From contig CAZRCY010000018.1 of the NCBI GenBank assembly GCA_964598735.1, positions 1-21,801 on the forward strand: a stretch of 21,801 bases of DNA, written 5' to 3'. This stretch comes from an uncultured Candidatus Poseidoniales archaeon. GTDB lineage: Archaea > Thermoplasmatota > Poseidoniia > Poseidoniales > Thalassarchaeaceae. The notes beneath the pieces were generated by a model. That model was not told the DNA's origin. It was given only the letters and a program-made list of their open reading frames with translations, and ran no database searches. Shown piece by piece: positions 1-7,040 of this stretch. How positions within the stretch are numbered: the stretch's first letter is position 1; every line of letters begins with the position of its first letter. Position numbers and translations under genes: made by a program.

Positions 1-1
1 T

Positions 2-238
2 GGCGAAAATCGAGTACAACATCTGGGCAAATTCGGTGCGGTATGGAACGATGTCGGAGAGGATTGGAAAGGGCCTGCAGTTTATTTGGTCCCTCTCACA
101 ACATTAGAATCTTCAAAAACCTCTTCGAGTTCTTCGCCAGAAATTGACATGTTGGCACAATTCAAATCAAAATTGAAAGTATCTGATTCCCATCTTCGCC
201 GTATTGATGAATTGTCCTCCAAATATAAGAAGAAATAG
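2..238 (+). CDS. 3' end of an upstream gene (hypothetical protein; 5' end lies outside the window)
   Basis: Frame 2 is open from the window edge to TAG at 236-238 (...GAVWNDVGEDWKGPAVYLVPL...IDELSSKYKKK*). It is absent from the ORF track only because it has no in-window start. Codon choice resembles neighbouring genes and it shares the strand of the next gene. No family recognised. Confidence 0.35.
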   Translation, partial: GENRVQHLGKFGAVWNDVGEDWKGPAVYLVPLTTLESSKTSSSSSPEIDMLAQFKSKLKVSDSHLRRIDELSSKYKKK

Positions 239-289
239 CCCGAAGTGTCATGAGGGGCGGATGATACCGTTCCATTTGGTTGTGGTCTA

Positions 290-1933
290 TTGACGAGAGA
301 ACTGATTCTCATCGATGATATCTACAAAGCCTTTGGACCTAAGGTTGTTTTTGAGGGAATTTCTCTTAGAATAGAAGAGGGGGATAGAATAGGAATCGTT
401 GGACATAATGGTTCAGGTAAGACTACATTACTCAATCTAATTTCAGATCAAGAAGTTGATATGGGCGATATAAAATTCTCTCCGGGGTTAAGAATCGCAT
501 ATCTTACTCAGATACGAGATTTAGATGAAGATGCCACGATTGAACAGGAACTTGGTCGTAGAGGAAGGCAATTTGAAGATTTAGAAAATGAGATCGCATC
601 AATTGAGGCACAAATGGCCGATCCATCATTCTATGATTCAGATTGGCAACCAATCATGGATCGCTATTCTGAGTTACAATCTATGATGGCTAAATCTGGA
701 GGAATGGATGCAGCGGGGCATGCACAAAATATCATGGAAAGTCTGGGATTAGGTCATCATCCATCGGACATGCCTCTTTCGAGTCTCTCTGGAGGAGAAC
801 GTGCAAAAGTTGCTCTTGCACGTCAACTAGTTGGTTTGGATGACATCGATGTTCTATTCCTCGATGAGCCAACGAATCATCTGGATATTGAGACCCTTGA
901 ATGGCTTGAAGAATTCCTTCTTGATTTCCAAGGTGCGTTACTAATCGTAAGTCACGACCGATATTTCCTCGACAAAGTTGCAAATAATATTGTTGAGGTT
1001 GCCGATGCGAAAATCAAAGGATTCAATGGAAATTATTCTAGGTTCATACAGCAGAAGGAACTTTTTCTCCAGACATTAGATGACAGAATCGAGAAAGCAG
1101 AGAAAGAGATCAAACGATTGACAGGAGCTCTTCAGTCGATGAAACGAGCAAACAAATATGACAAATCAATTTCTCAGAAACGCTTCATGTTGAATCGAGC
1201 TCAAGGCGAACTACGATGGTTAAAATCAATAAAACCTAGACAGAGAAAAAATTTGCATTTCCAGTTAACTGCAACTGATAAAGCAAGTATGGAAATTGCT
1301 GATTTAGATGAAGCAACATTGACTTTTGAAGGACTCGAACGCCCTCTTCTTGACAATGTAAGAGTTGGAATTTCCAAAGGTCAGAGAATCGGAATTGTTG
1401 GTGGAAATGGCGCAGGCAAGACCACACTTCTTCGAGTATTGATTGGCGAGATTCCTTTGGATTCTGGAAAGATCGATGTCCCACCTGGTGTTCAAATTGG
1501 ATATTTCCATCAGGATCATCGTACTCTTAATTTTCAAGCAACACCTGTTGAACAAATTCAGAAATTGAAACCTCGAATGGAGTATGGAGATATTCGTGCG
1601 TTATTGGGCAGATTTCAGTTTACATCTGAACAAGTGTCCACTAAATTAGCAGATTTGAGCGGTGGTGAACGAGCAAGGATTGCTATGCTTAAACTACTAC
1701 TCGAAGAGAACAATGTACTACTATTAGATGAACCAACTAATCACTTAGATATTCAAGCTAAAGAAGCCTTAGAAGATGCTCTTACAGAATATGATGGTAC
1801 ATTGGTGATAGTAAGCCACGATCGTTACTTTTTAGACCAGGTCTGCAATACTATCTGGCACCTTCCTAGTGACGGTTCATTGAAAGTGTATCCTGGCAAC
1901 TATTCTGCATTTATGCAGCGCCTATCGAAATGA
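290..1933 (+). CDS. ABC-F family ATPase (two tandem ABC nucleotide-binding domains, no transmembrane domain; EttA/Uup/YbiT-like translation-factor type)
   Basis: NBD1 has Walker A GHNGSGKTT, signature LSGGERAKVALA and Walker B LFLDEPTNHLD. NBD2 has GGNGAGKTT, LSGGERARIAML and LLLDEPTNHLD. A basic, helical interdomain linker (KRLTGALQSMKRANKYDKSISQKRFMLNRAQGELRWLK) and an arm-like insert in NBD1 are typical of ABC-F. The only in-frame start after the TGA at 251-253 is TTG at 290. Confidence 0.9.
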   Translation: MTRELILIDDIYKAFGPKVVFEGISLRIEEGDRIGIVGHNGSGKTTLLNLISDQEVDMGDIKFSPGLRIAYLTQIRDLDEDATIEQELGRRGRQFEDLENEIASIEAQMADPSFYDSDWQPIMDRYSELQSMMAKSGGMDAAGHAQNIMESLGLGHHPSDMPLSSLSGGERAKVALARQLVGLDDIDVLFLDEPTNHLDIETLEWLEEFLLDFQGALLIVSHDRYFLDKVANNIVEVADAKIKGFNGNYSRFIQQKELFLQTLDDRIEKAEKEIKRLTGALQSMKRANKYDKSISQKRFMLNRAQGELRWLKSIKPRQRKNLHFQLTATDKASMEIADLDEATLTFEGLERPLLDNVRVGISKGQRIGIVGGNGAGKTTLLRVLIGEIPLDSGKIDVPPGVQIGYFHQDHRTLNFQATPVEQIQKLKPRMEYGDIRALLGRFQFTSEQVSTKLADLSGGERARIAMLKLLLEENNVLLLDEPTNHLDIQAKEALEDALTEYDGTLVIVSHDRYFLDQVCNTIWHLPSDGSLKVYPGNYSAFMQRLSK

Positions 1934-2967
1934 GAGGTATTGATTTGGAAGAAAAATTATTTCTAAACAGATTTGGTAGAAGGTTTACTACCGGATTAAT
2001 TGCGTCGATGTCATTTCTTTTAGTCTACACTATTATTGGGTTATTGGATGCTTGGCCTTCAGGAGTAACCTATGAGGAAGGCGTTTATGGATGGTGTGAG
2101 AGTTTTTCATCTGGGTTGATTCTTGAACCAGTAAATACGTTGACTAATTTAGCATTCGTGGTCGTTGGATTGGCTATTCTTGATCGAACAGACCAACAAA
2201 AAAATAGTGATTTGAATGGATTCACAAAAGGAGGTGTAATCCCAGTTGTTTATGCATCTGCAGTAATTGCAATTGGTCTTGGAAGTTTTGCAATGCACGG
2301 TACCAGAACATATCTCGGCTCATTCCTAGATTGGGGAGGTATGTTGATTTTCATTCTCTTTCCGGTATTATATCGGCTGAGAGAGTACATTGGTTGGTCT
2401 GATGAAATCTTTGTTCGTAATCATATACTCCTTTCAATTATGATTTTGGCAATAGAATTCTATAGAAATAGCGACGATATTATTGGAATAGGAGAAGGAC
2501 TTCGACGATTCGGGTTCTTTACAGATTTTGTTTGGGCAGAATGTATTGGATTATGGATGATTTTTGAATTAAGAATATATCTTGAACGGACATCTTATGG
2601 GTCAGGAGAACGTGTATTCATCCTTAGTGCAGCACCGATCACTCTAGCATTATTGACATTTTCCAGCTCTTTTCCTTGGACACTTGTCGCCTTGTGTGCT
2701 ACATTCGTAATTTTCTCAATTTTAGTGAACGAGGTCACGCCTCCTTCGATTTACCGGCCGACCCAAAAGTGGTTTGTAATGGGGACGAGTTCATTCATCA
2801 TAGGGATGTTAATTTGGCCATTTGGGAAAGCCGACTCCGAATTTTGTGTACCTGATTCAATATTCCAGATACACGGTTTGTGGCATATTCTTTGCGCATT
2901 CGCAACATGGTGTTTCTATCTCCATTTTGTTTCTGAGAGGACTCGAGGCTCTACCGAATCGGAATAA
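1930..2967 (+). CDS. Alkaline ceramidase-like (ACER/YPC1/YDC1 family) polytopic membrane hydrolase
   Basis: Multi-TM protein whose motifs are colinear with my recollection of the ceramidase family consensus: GWCE, EPVNTLTNLAF (family: AEfwNTlSNl), GLGSFAMHGT...FLDWGGML (family: GiGSf.FHaTL...QllDElPM) and C-terminal HGLWHIL (family H..WH). The start ATG overlaps the ABC-F stop (ATGA at 1930-1933). Confidence 0.7.
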   Translation: MRGIDLEEKLFLNRFGRRFTTGLIASMSFLLVYTIIGLLDAWPSGVTYEEGVYGWCESFSSGLILEPVNTLTNLAFVVVGLAILDRTDQQKNSDLNGFTKGGVIPVVYASAVIAIGLGSFAMHGTRTYLGSFLDWGGMLIFILFPVLYRLREYIGWSDEIFVRNHILLSIMILAIEFYRNSDDIIGIGEGLRRFGFFTDFVWAECIGLWMIFELRIYLERTSYGSGERVFILSAAPITLALLTFSSSFPWTLVALCATFVIFSILVNEVTPPSIYRPTQKWFVMGTSSFIIGMLIWPFGKADSEFCVPDSIFQIHGLWHILCAFATWCFYLHFVSERTRGSTESE

Positions 2968-2973
2968 AATCTC

Positions 2974-2986
2974 TTTTTTATTTTTT
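2974..2986 (+). terminator. Oligo-T tract (T6-A-T6), candidate archaeal intrinsic termination signal
   Basis: The sequence ttttttatttttt lies 7 nt after the TAA stop (2965-2967) of the ceramidase-like gene, in a 55-nt intergenic spacer. Oligo-T runs are the known archaeal RNA polymerase termination signal. Confidence 0.4.
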
Positions 2987-2992
2987 CAAAGG

Positions 2993-2999
2993 ATTTATT
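2993..2999 (+). promoter_or_regulatory. TATA-like box (ATTTATT) about 27 nt upstream of the ATG at 3023; implies a leaderless or near-leaderless mRNA
   Basis: AT-rich heptamer centred about 27 nt before the start codon. There is no Shine-Dalgarno-like purine tract in between. Confidence 0.3.
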
Positions 3000-3022
3000 C
3001 GATTATACAGTGATGGCCCCCT

Positions 3023-3472
3023 ATGAGCAACCAGAGTGGAGCCAGAGACCTTGAACGACTCGGAGGAAAAGATCTAAATCAAGATGGACGAGTAATTAAT
3101 CTCGTAATTGTGGGGTCCAGCCGATTTTATGATTACTCTGTTATCGAAGAATCAATAGAAGACTGGATTGAAACTGAAGCATATCCAGATGTTGTAATTG
3201 TTGGTGGAGCCAGTGGAGTAGATTATCTAGCAGAAAGATGGGCAGATAACCACGCGATTCCTTTTATCGTGTTTTCAGAACAATGGAATAATCCTCGTCC
3301 TGGCTTACATGATTCTGGAAGAGGAGAAGCTCCAACATCCCTTACTGACAATCTTTTAGATGCTGCAACACACATTCTTGCTTTCCCTAGTCCTACTAGT
3401 AAATGGACAAGAACTGTCATCTCTTTAGCTGAAGAACGTGGTATTCCGCTTGTAATTAGAGAAGTAGAATAA
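3023..3472 (+). CDS. DUF2493-like SLOG-superfamily protein (YspA/LOG/DprA-related Rossmann-like fold)
   Basis: Pattern VIVGSSRFYDY...DVVIVGGASGVDYLAERWADNHAIPFIVF...ILAFPSP.SKWTRTVISLAEERGIP matches the DUF2493 layout (GxR..., GGA.GaD.lA..WA, ...laF...s.GT...i..A...gi). The family's RN motif after the conserved W appears to be missing. Confidence 0.6.
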   Translation: MSNQSGARDLERLGGKDLNQDGRVINLVIVGSSRFYDYSVIEESIEDWIETEAYPDVVIVGGASGVDYLAERWADNHAIPFIVFSEQWNNPRPGLHDSGRGEAPTSLTDNLLDAATHILAFPSPTSKWTRTVISLAEERGIPLVIREVE

Positions 3473-3516
3473 GCATCGAACAAAATATCATATCCTCAAG
3501 CATTCATTTTTTCTAC

Positions 3517-3936
3517 ATGAGTGGGTCCGCACTTTCTGTGCTAATGTTTCTCATTTCTTTACTCATTGGTCTTTCAGTACCAAGTCAGCAACCTTGGATA
3601 CCAAGTGAAGATGGAGTGACTTTAATTGCCGAGGAGAGAACAGAAATTCCAATGCCTAGAGGAGTTAGAGATCTTGTAACAACGATAGAGGATCCATCAT
3701 CATTTGATGTGCTTTATCCTGGAACAAATTTGAGTTGTAAAGAAGTTCTTACAGTTCATTTTCATACCAATATCCATCTAAATCAAGATCGAAATCAATT
3801 GATTGCAATGGATGGAAGTAAATGGAAAGTTTCGGGAGAAAATGCACTAGAATTAACGATGAGTACCGTTGAGGAAATAGCAGCAATGAGATATGGAAGT
3901 GAAGAAAAAACTCAATTCATTGAAGTAATTGGCTAA
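3517..3936 (+). CDS. Hypothetical secreted or membrane-anchored small protein
   Basis: N-terminal hydrophobic segment ALSVLMFLISLLIGLSV followed by a soluble, acidic ~110-aa region. No family recognised. Confidence 0.55.
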   Translation: MSGSALSVLMFLISLLIGLSVPSQQPWIPSEDGVTLIAEERTEIPMPRGVRDLVTTIEDPSSFDVLYPGTNLSCKEVLTVHFHTNIHLNQDRNQLIAMDGSKWKVSGENALELTMSTVEEIAAMRYGSEEKTQFIEVIG

Positions 3937-3937
3937 T

Positions 3938-4285
3938 TTAATTTCCAATCAATTGATAATCATCAGAAAGAGGAGTTGCTCCTGTTTCCATCAATATGAT
4001 TTTTCCATCTTTGAATCTCATGAATGACATAACTGCCTCCGAAGTAGATCCGTTTGCGAAGTGTACAATCGAATGAGCCACCCCTACTTCTTCATTCTCG
4101 AATAAGATTCTTTCGTTTTCTGATCTAGGTGTACCTTCACCGCCTGCGAAACCTAGAATGTCTGACTTACTCATTGTGATGCCGCCTACGTGTGGATTGA
4201 ATACACAATCATCATGAATAATCTCTGCTAAGGCTTCCACATCTCCATTTTTCCACGCTTCGTTGTATGCTGTTATGACTGACAT
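3938..4285 (-). CDS. SnoaL-like / NTF2-like fold protein
   Basis: The N-terminus AYNEAWKNGDVEALAEIIHDDCVF and C-terminal FKDGKIILME match the typical SnoaL_2/DUF4440 pattern (aw..gD.ea l..ll.dD.v ... dGkw.i). Confidence 0.6.
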   Translation of the reverse strand: MSVITAYNEAWKNGDVEALAEIIHDDCVFNPHVGGITMSKSDILGFAGGEGTPRSENERILFENEEVGVAHSIVHFANGSTSEAVMSFMRFKDGKIILMETGATPLSDDYQLIGN

Positions 4286-4309
4286 GATTGAGCGAATCGC
4301 CTTCCCTGT

Positions 4310-4951
4310 TTAACTCAGTCGGAGTGATGCATCTTCCAATGTTTCACCCTCATTGACTAGAGAACGAATGTACCTTGGAATAATTTCGCTACTGGTTTGT
4401 AAATCTACAAGATCACCAACCCATTCTAATGGGGAATTTCGAATATGGTCTGAACCTGCGGGAAAGTGTTGCCAAGTCGAACAATCACTACCATCAATTG
4501 ATGTGGTTTGTAGGCACCAAGGCTGTTCAGGTAGAGGGTTTTTACAGATTATATCATCTTCATTTACAGTAACCACCCAACATCGACCAGTTGAATATTT
4601 GATTCTAGAATTTGACAGAAACTCTTCGAGTTCAGGATTCTCAGCACCTGGTTGGAGCCAAATGAATGGAATATCTCGTCCTTCAATCAACCATTTTCGT
4701 AATTCTTGAATGACAGAATTTGCTGATAGGAAGAATACGAATAGTTCAGGAGCATCATTTCCCCAAGGATCGGGTCTTATGGGTCTACCAAGAATTGTAC
4801 TACCTGCATCTATAGGATGTACTGGAACCATCCTGAAACCTCTGTCACCAGCATCATGGAATGCCCGATGAGCAGGCTTTTTCTGATTTAATCCTGCACC
4901 AATAATATGAACAGTCTGGACAGCTCCCAACCACTCAAACTCTCCTATCAT
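4310..4951 (-). CDS. CoA-binding (YccU/CoA_binding_2-like) domain protein with an unassigned ~90-aa Cys/Trp-containing C-terminal extension
   Basis: The N-terminal ~125 aa carry IIGAGLNQKKPAHRAFHDAGDRGFRMVPVHP...IWLQPGAEN, typical of the small Rossmann CoA-binding domain. The C-terminal part (CKNPLPEQPWCLQTTSIDGSDCSTWQHF...) is not recognised. Confidence 0.65.
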   Translation of the reverse strand: MIGEFEWLGAVQTVHIIGAGLNQKKPAHRAFHDAGDRGFRMVPVHPIDAGSTILGRPIRPDPWGNDAPELFVFFLSANSVIQELRKWLIEGRDIPFIWLQPGAENPELEEFLSNSRIKYSTGRCWVVTVNEDDIICKNPLPEQPWCLQTTSIDGSDCSTWQHFPAGSDHIRNSPLEWVGDLVDLQTSSEIIPRYIRSLVNEGETLEDASLRLS

Positions 4952-4999
4952 GAAGATATTTTCTGTTCAGAAGATATCAAATTTGGTTTCTATCTCAAA

Positions 5000-5419
5000 T
5001 CACAAATTATTTTTCACTTTTTTAGGTCTGAAAAGAATCAATGCTATGCTAACCAAACCTGCGATAAATAACGGTCCTATGATGAAAATTTCTTCGGTTG
5101 CAGAGAACTCCCAGGTCCAACTCGACCATCCCAACGCGATTGTCTCAAGTATAGAAGCAAGCATCACAACATCGTACAAATTATTTTCCGCAATTGGATC
5201 TTTGGAAGCTAACAAGGCACCTACGCCATTCACCGCAATCAAGGCTGCTCCAAGATTCCTGAGCCAGGCTATATTTTCTGTATTTGCTCCCTCTAATTCT
5301 GCATACCATTCAGGGATGAGAAAGAAGATCATGCCCATAGCAATGCTAGACCAACCGCACACCTTCAGGGTCAGGACAGTTTTGTGTCCATCTTGAAACC
5401 AGTTGTTTTCATTCGACAT
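5000..5419 (-). CDS. Small integral membrane protein (about 4 TM), hypothetical
   Basis: Four hydrophobic segments and a basic C-terminal tail (RPKKVKNNL). It shows weak colinear similarity to the upstream neighbour 5435-5872. The antisense ORF 4950-5396 is Ser-rich and not protein-like. Confidence 0.65.
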   Translation of the reverse strand: MSNENNWFQDGHKTVLTLKVCGWSSIAMGMIFFLIPEWYAELEGANTENIAWLRNLGAALIAVNGVGALLASKDPIAENNLYDVVMLASILETIALGWSSWTWEFSATEEIFIIGPLFIAGLVSIALILFRPKKVKNNL

Positions 5420-5434
5420 ATGCGATGCCTACAA

Positions 5435-5872
5435 TCATTCTCCCGTCTCCGCTTCACTTTCTCCATCTTTGTGCATGAAGCCCGAAACACAGGTAAGTAC
5501 TGTTGCTAACATCATAAGACCAGCTAGTGCTGCTGATACTCCTGTAGGGGTTCCTCCATAGCCATTATTGGTGGTCAAAATTAGCATTCCACCTAGAATA
5601 TTTACCAGAACCAAAGGAGCAAACATTGCAACCTTGGCTAGCTCCTTTCCAGTTACAACTAATGCTGTAACAATTGCCATTACTCCAAGTGGCATTAAGT
5701 GCAAGGCCCACATTTCTTCATATGCCTCATCGTGAGCGAGAACATTATCTTCACCCCAACCAATTTCTGCCCATTCATCTCCATGAGTCATCCCCCATAG
5801 CGACATTACTATCACTATGGTTCCTAGAGTAACTAGCATATTCTTCGGCGCTAGGATTTCTTTTGCTTCCAT
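5435..5872 (-). CDS. Small integral membrane protein (about 4 TM), hypothetical
   Basis: Hydrophobic segments are separated by an acidic, Trp-containing loop (HGDEWAEIGWGEDN). The C-terminal tail is acidic (DGESEAETGE). A TATA-like tcatatactt lies about 24 nt upstream of the ATG on the minus strand. Confidence 0.65.
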   Translation of the reverse strand: MEAKEILAPKNMLVTLGTIVIVMSLWGMTHGDEWAEIGWGEDNVLAHDEAYEEMWALHLMPLGVMAIVTALVVTGKELAKVAMFAPLVLVNILGGMLILTTNNGYGGTPTGVSAALAGLMMLATVLTCVSGFMHKDGESEAETGE

Positions 5873-5915
5873 GATTATGGAATTTTCATTAAGTATATGA
5901 TTAAGATGGTGAATA

Positions 5916-6986
5916 TTATTCCCTGGTTAACATTCTATGAAAGTGATGAATTCCTCGTTCCATTTCTGGAGAATAACGTCCTCTATCGTATGCAGTTGAT
6001 CTAATTCCTCGCAGACATCCTTCTACTACAAATTGATCTTCGATTTCGACTTTGTCAAGATCTCCACCCGCTCCCTGTCCAAGCATTTCAGGGTCAGTAA
6101 CATATCCTTGATAGATGACTCGAGTTTTATCCACAGCTTCAGGAACGACAATGTTCACTGATACTCCCCAAGGATAGATATTCAACATTAGACCAGGAAA
6201 TAGCCACCAATAGTATGCGGCAATTTTCTTTCCATAATCTGGTGAACTTTCAGGAATATCGAAGTAAGGTTCTCCTTCACTGGCAATTCCAATTTGTAGA
6301 ACTCCTCCCTCGAACAACTCCGTTGTATAATCTCCATAATCCAATACTGCATTCAAATCAGAATGAACAAATGGAATGTGAAAACCTTCTAGATAATTAT
6401 CAACATACAAGGCCCAATTCGTATCGATAATCCAATCTCTATCTCTACTTTTATCTCGATTCATTGTTTTTTGATTTGCCCACCAACCCATTCTTTGACT
6501 AATTGGTCGAATCCAATCATCGAATTTTTTTGATGGCTCAACTCCAGTAAACAACATACCTACCCATTCACCTGTTGGAAATTGCTTCAGATTATCTTCA
6601 ATCGAAGGAAAATTCACAACCTCTTTGAAAGCAGGCATATTCTTGAAAATACCATCCAGATCGAATGTACGCCCATGATATGGACATTGTAATACCTTTA
6701 CATTGCAGGGCTCAGACTCGATCAACATCCCCCGATGAGTACATACATTCGACAAACAATTGAATCCATTATCTGTTTTCGTTAACAACATTGGCTCTCT
6801 GGTTTGTCCCTCAATATGTGTTAATGGAATAGCATTGAATTCATTCAAATCACTATCATGTGCAGCGAAATGCCATTCTGATGAGAATCGAGAAATTAAT
6901 CTTTGAAAAATAGAATGATCTGAATACCAAGATGATGGAAGAGTACGGGCCTTTCGGATATCTGCATCAATCAGTGCCTCCTCCAT
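5916..6986 (-). CDS. Rieske [2Fe-2S] non-haem iron oxygenase, alpha-subunit type (choline-monooxygenase-like subgroup)
   Basis: Rieske motif CTHRG-x14-CPYH (C-x-H-x16-C-x2-H). Mononuclear iron motif DNYLEGFHIPFVH (H-x4-H). N-terminal LPSSWYSD..IF...SSEW is typical of CMO-like Rieske oxygenases. No reductase or ferredoxin partner is present in the window. Confidence 0.85.
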   Translation of the reverse strand: MEEALIDADIRKARTLPSSWYSDHSIFQRLISRFSSEWHFAAHDSDLNEFNAIPLTHIEGQTREPMLLTKTDNGFNCLSNVCTHRGMLIESEPCNVKVLQCPYHGRTFDLDGIFKNMPAFKEVVNFPSIEDNLKQFPTGEWVGMLFTGVEPSKKFDDWIRPISQRMGWWANQKTMNRDKSRDRDWIIDTNWALYVDNYLEGFHIPFVHSDLNAVLDYGDYTTELFEGGVLQIGIASEGEPYFDIPESSPDYGKKIAAYYWWLFPGLMLNIYPWGVSVNIVVPEAVDKTRVIYQGYVTDPEMLGQGAGGDLDKVEIEDQFVVEGCLRGIRSTAYDRGRYSPEMERGIHHFHRMLTRE

Positions 6987-7040
6987 ACCTTGTCTAAGTA
7001 GTAATGAGAGTTAATCCTACGGAATTTTTAGTTTCTTAGA

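Noticed and set aside
82-312. 76-aa minus-strand ORF at the left edge
   Set aside because: Its start would overlap the ABC-F start by 23 nt head-to-head, and it lies antisense to an open plus-strand frame (2-238) that runs in from the window edge. It has no recognisable family, and the only internal Met leaves 22 aa. The plus-strand partial CDS is the more economical reading, though neither is certain.
2822-3013. 63-aa plus-strand ORF
   Set aside because: It lies in an alternative frame over the conserved C-terminus (HGLWHIL motif) of the ceramidase-like gene and runs through the oligo-T terminator. It is a shadow ORF.
3934-3940. Convergent stop codons separated by a single nucleotide (TAA-t-TTA) between the 3517 and 4285 genes
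   Set aside because: This is real but most simply reflects genome compaction, and there is no structured element to interpret. It is noted only because it leaves no space for terminators.
3023-4285. Possibility that the SLOG protein marks a defence or mobile island
   Set aside because: No nuclease, effector, integrase, transposase, tRNA target or flanking repeats are nearby. The neighbouring genes are ordinary small enzymes.
4950-5396. 148-aa plus-strand ORF antisense to the 139-aa membrane protein, and likewise 4353-4709 antisense to the CoA-binding gene
   Set aside because: The translations are Ser- and Pro-rich and low-complexity, without domain-like patterns. The minus-strand products have clear TM helices, paralogy or a CoA-binding motif.
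5873-7027. GGAATTT-containing strings upstream of the 5872 and 6986 genes that partly resemble the mcm-upstream repeat (tgattatggaattt at 5873-5886; cctacggaattttt near 7013-7026)
   Set aside because: Similarity is limited to the AT-rich GGAATTT core, or needs an indel. Their positions relative to the start codons are inconsistent. Chance occurrence is likely in an AT-rich genome, but they should be re-examined if the 14-mer proves to be a genome-wide motif.
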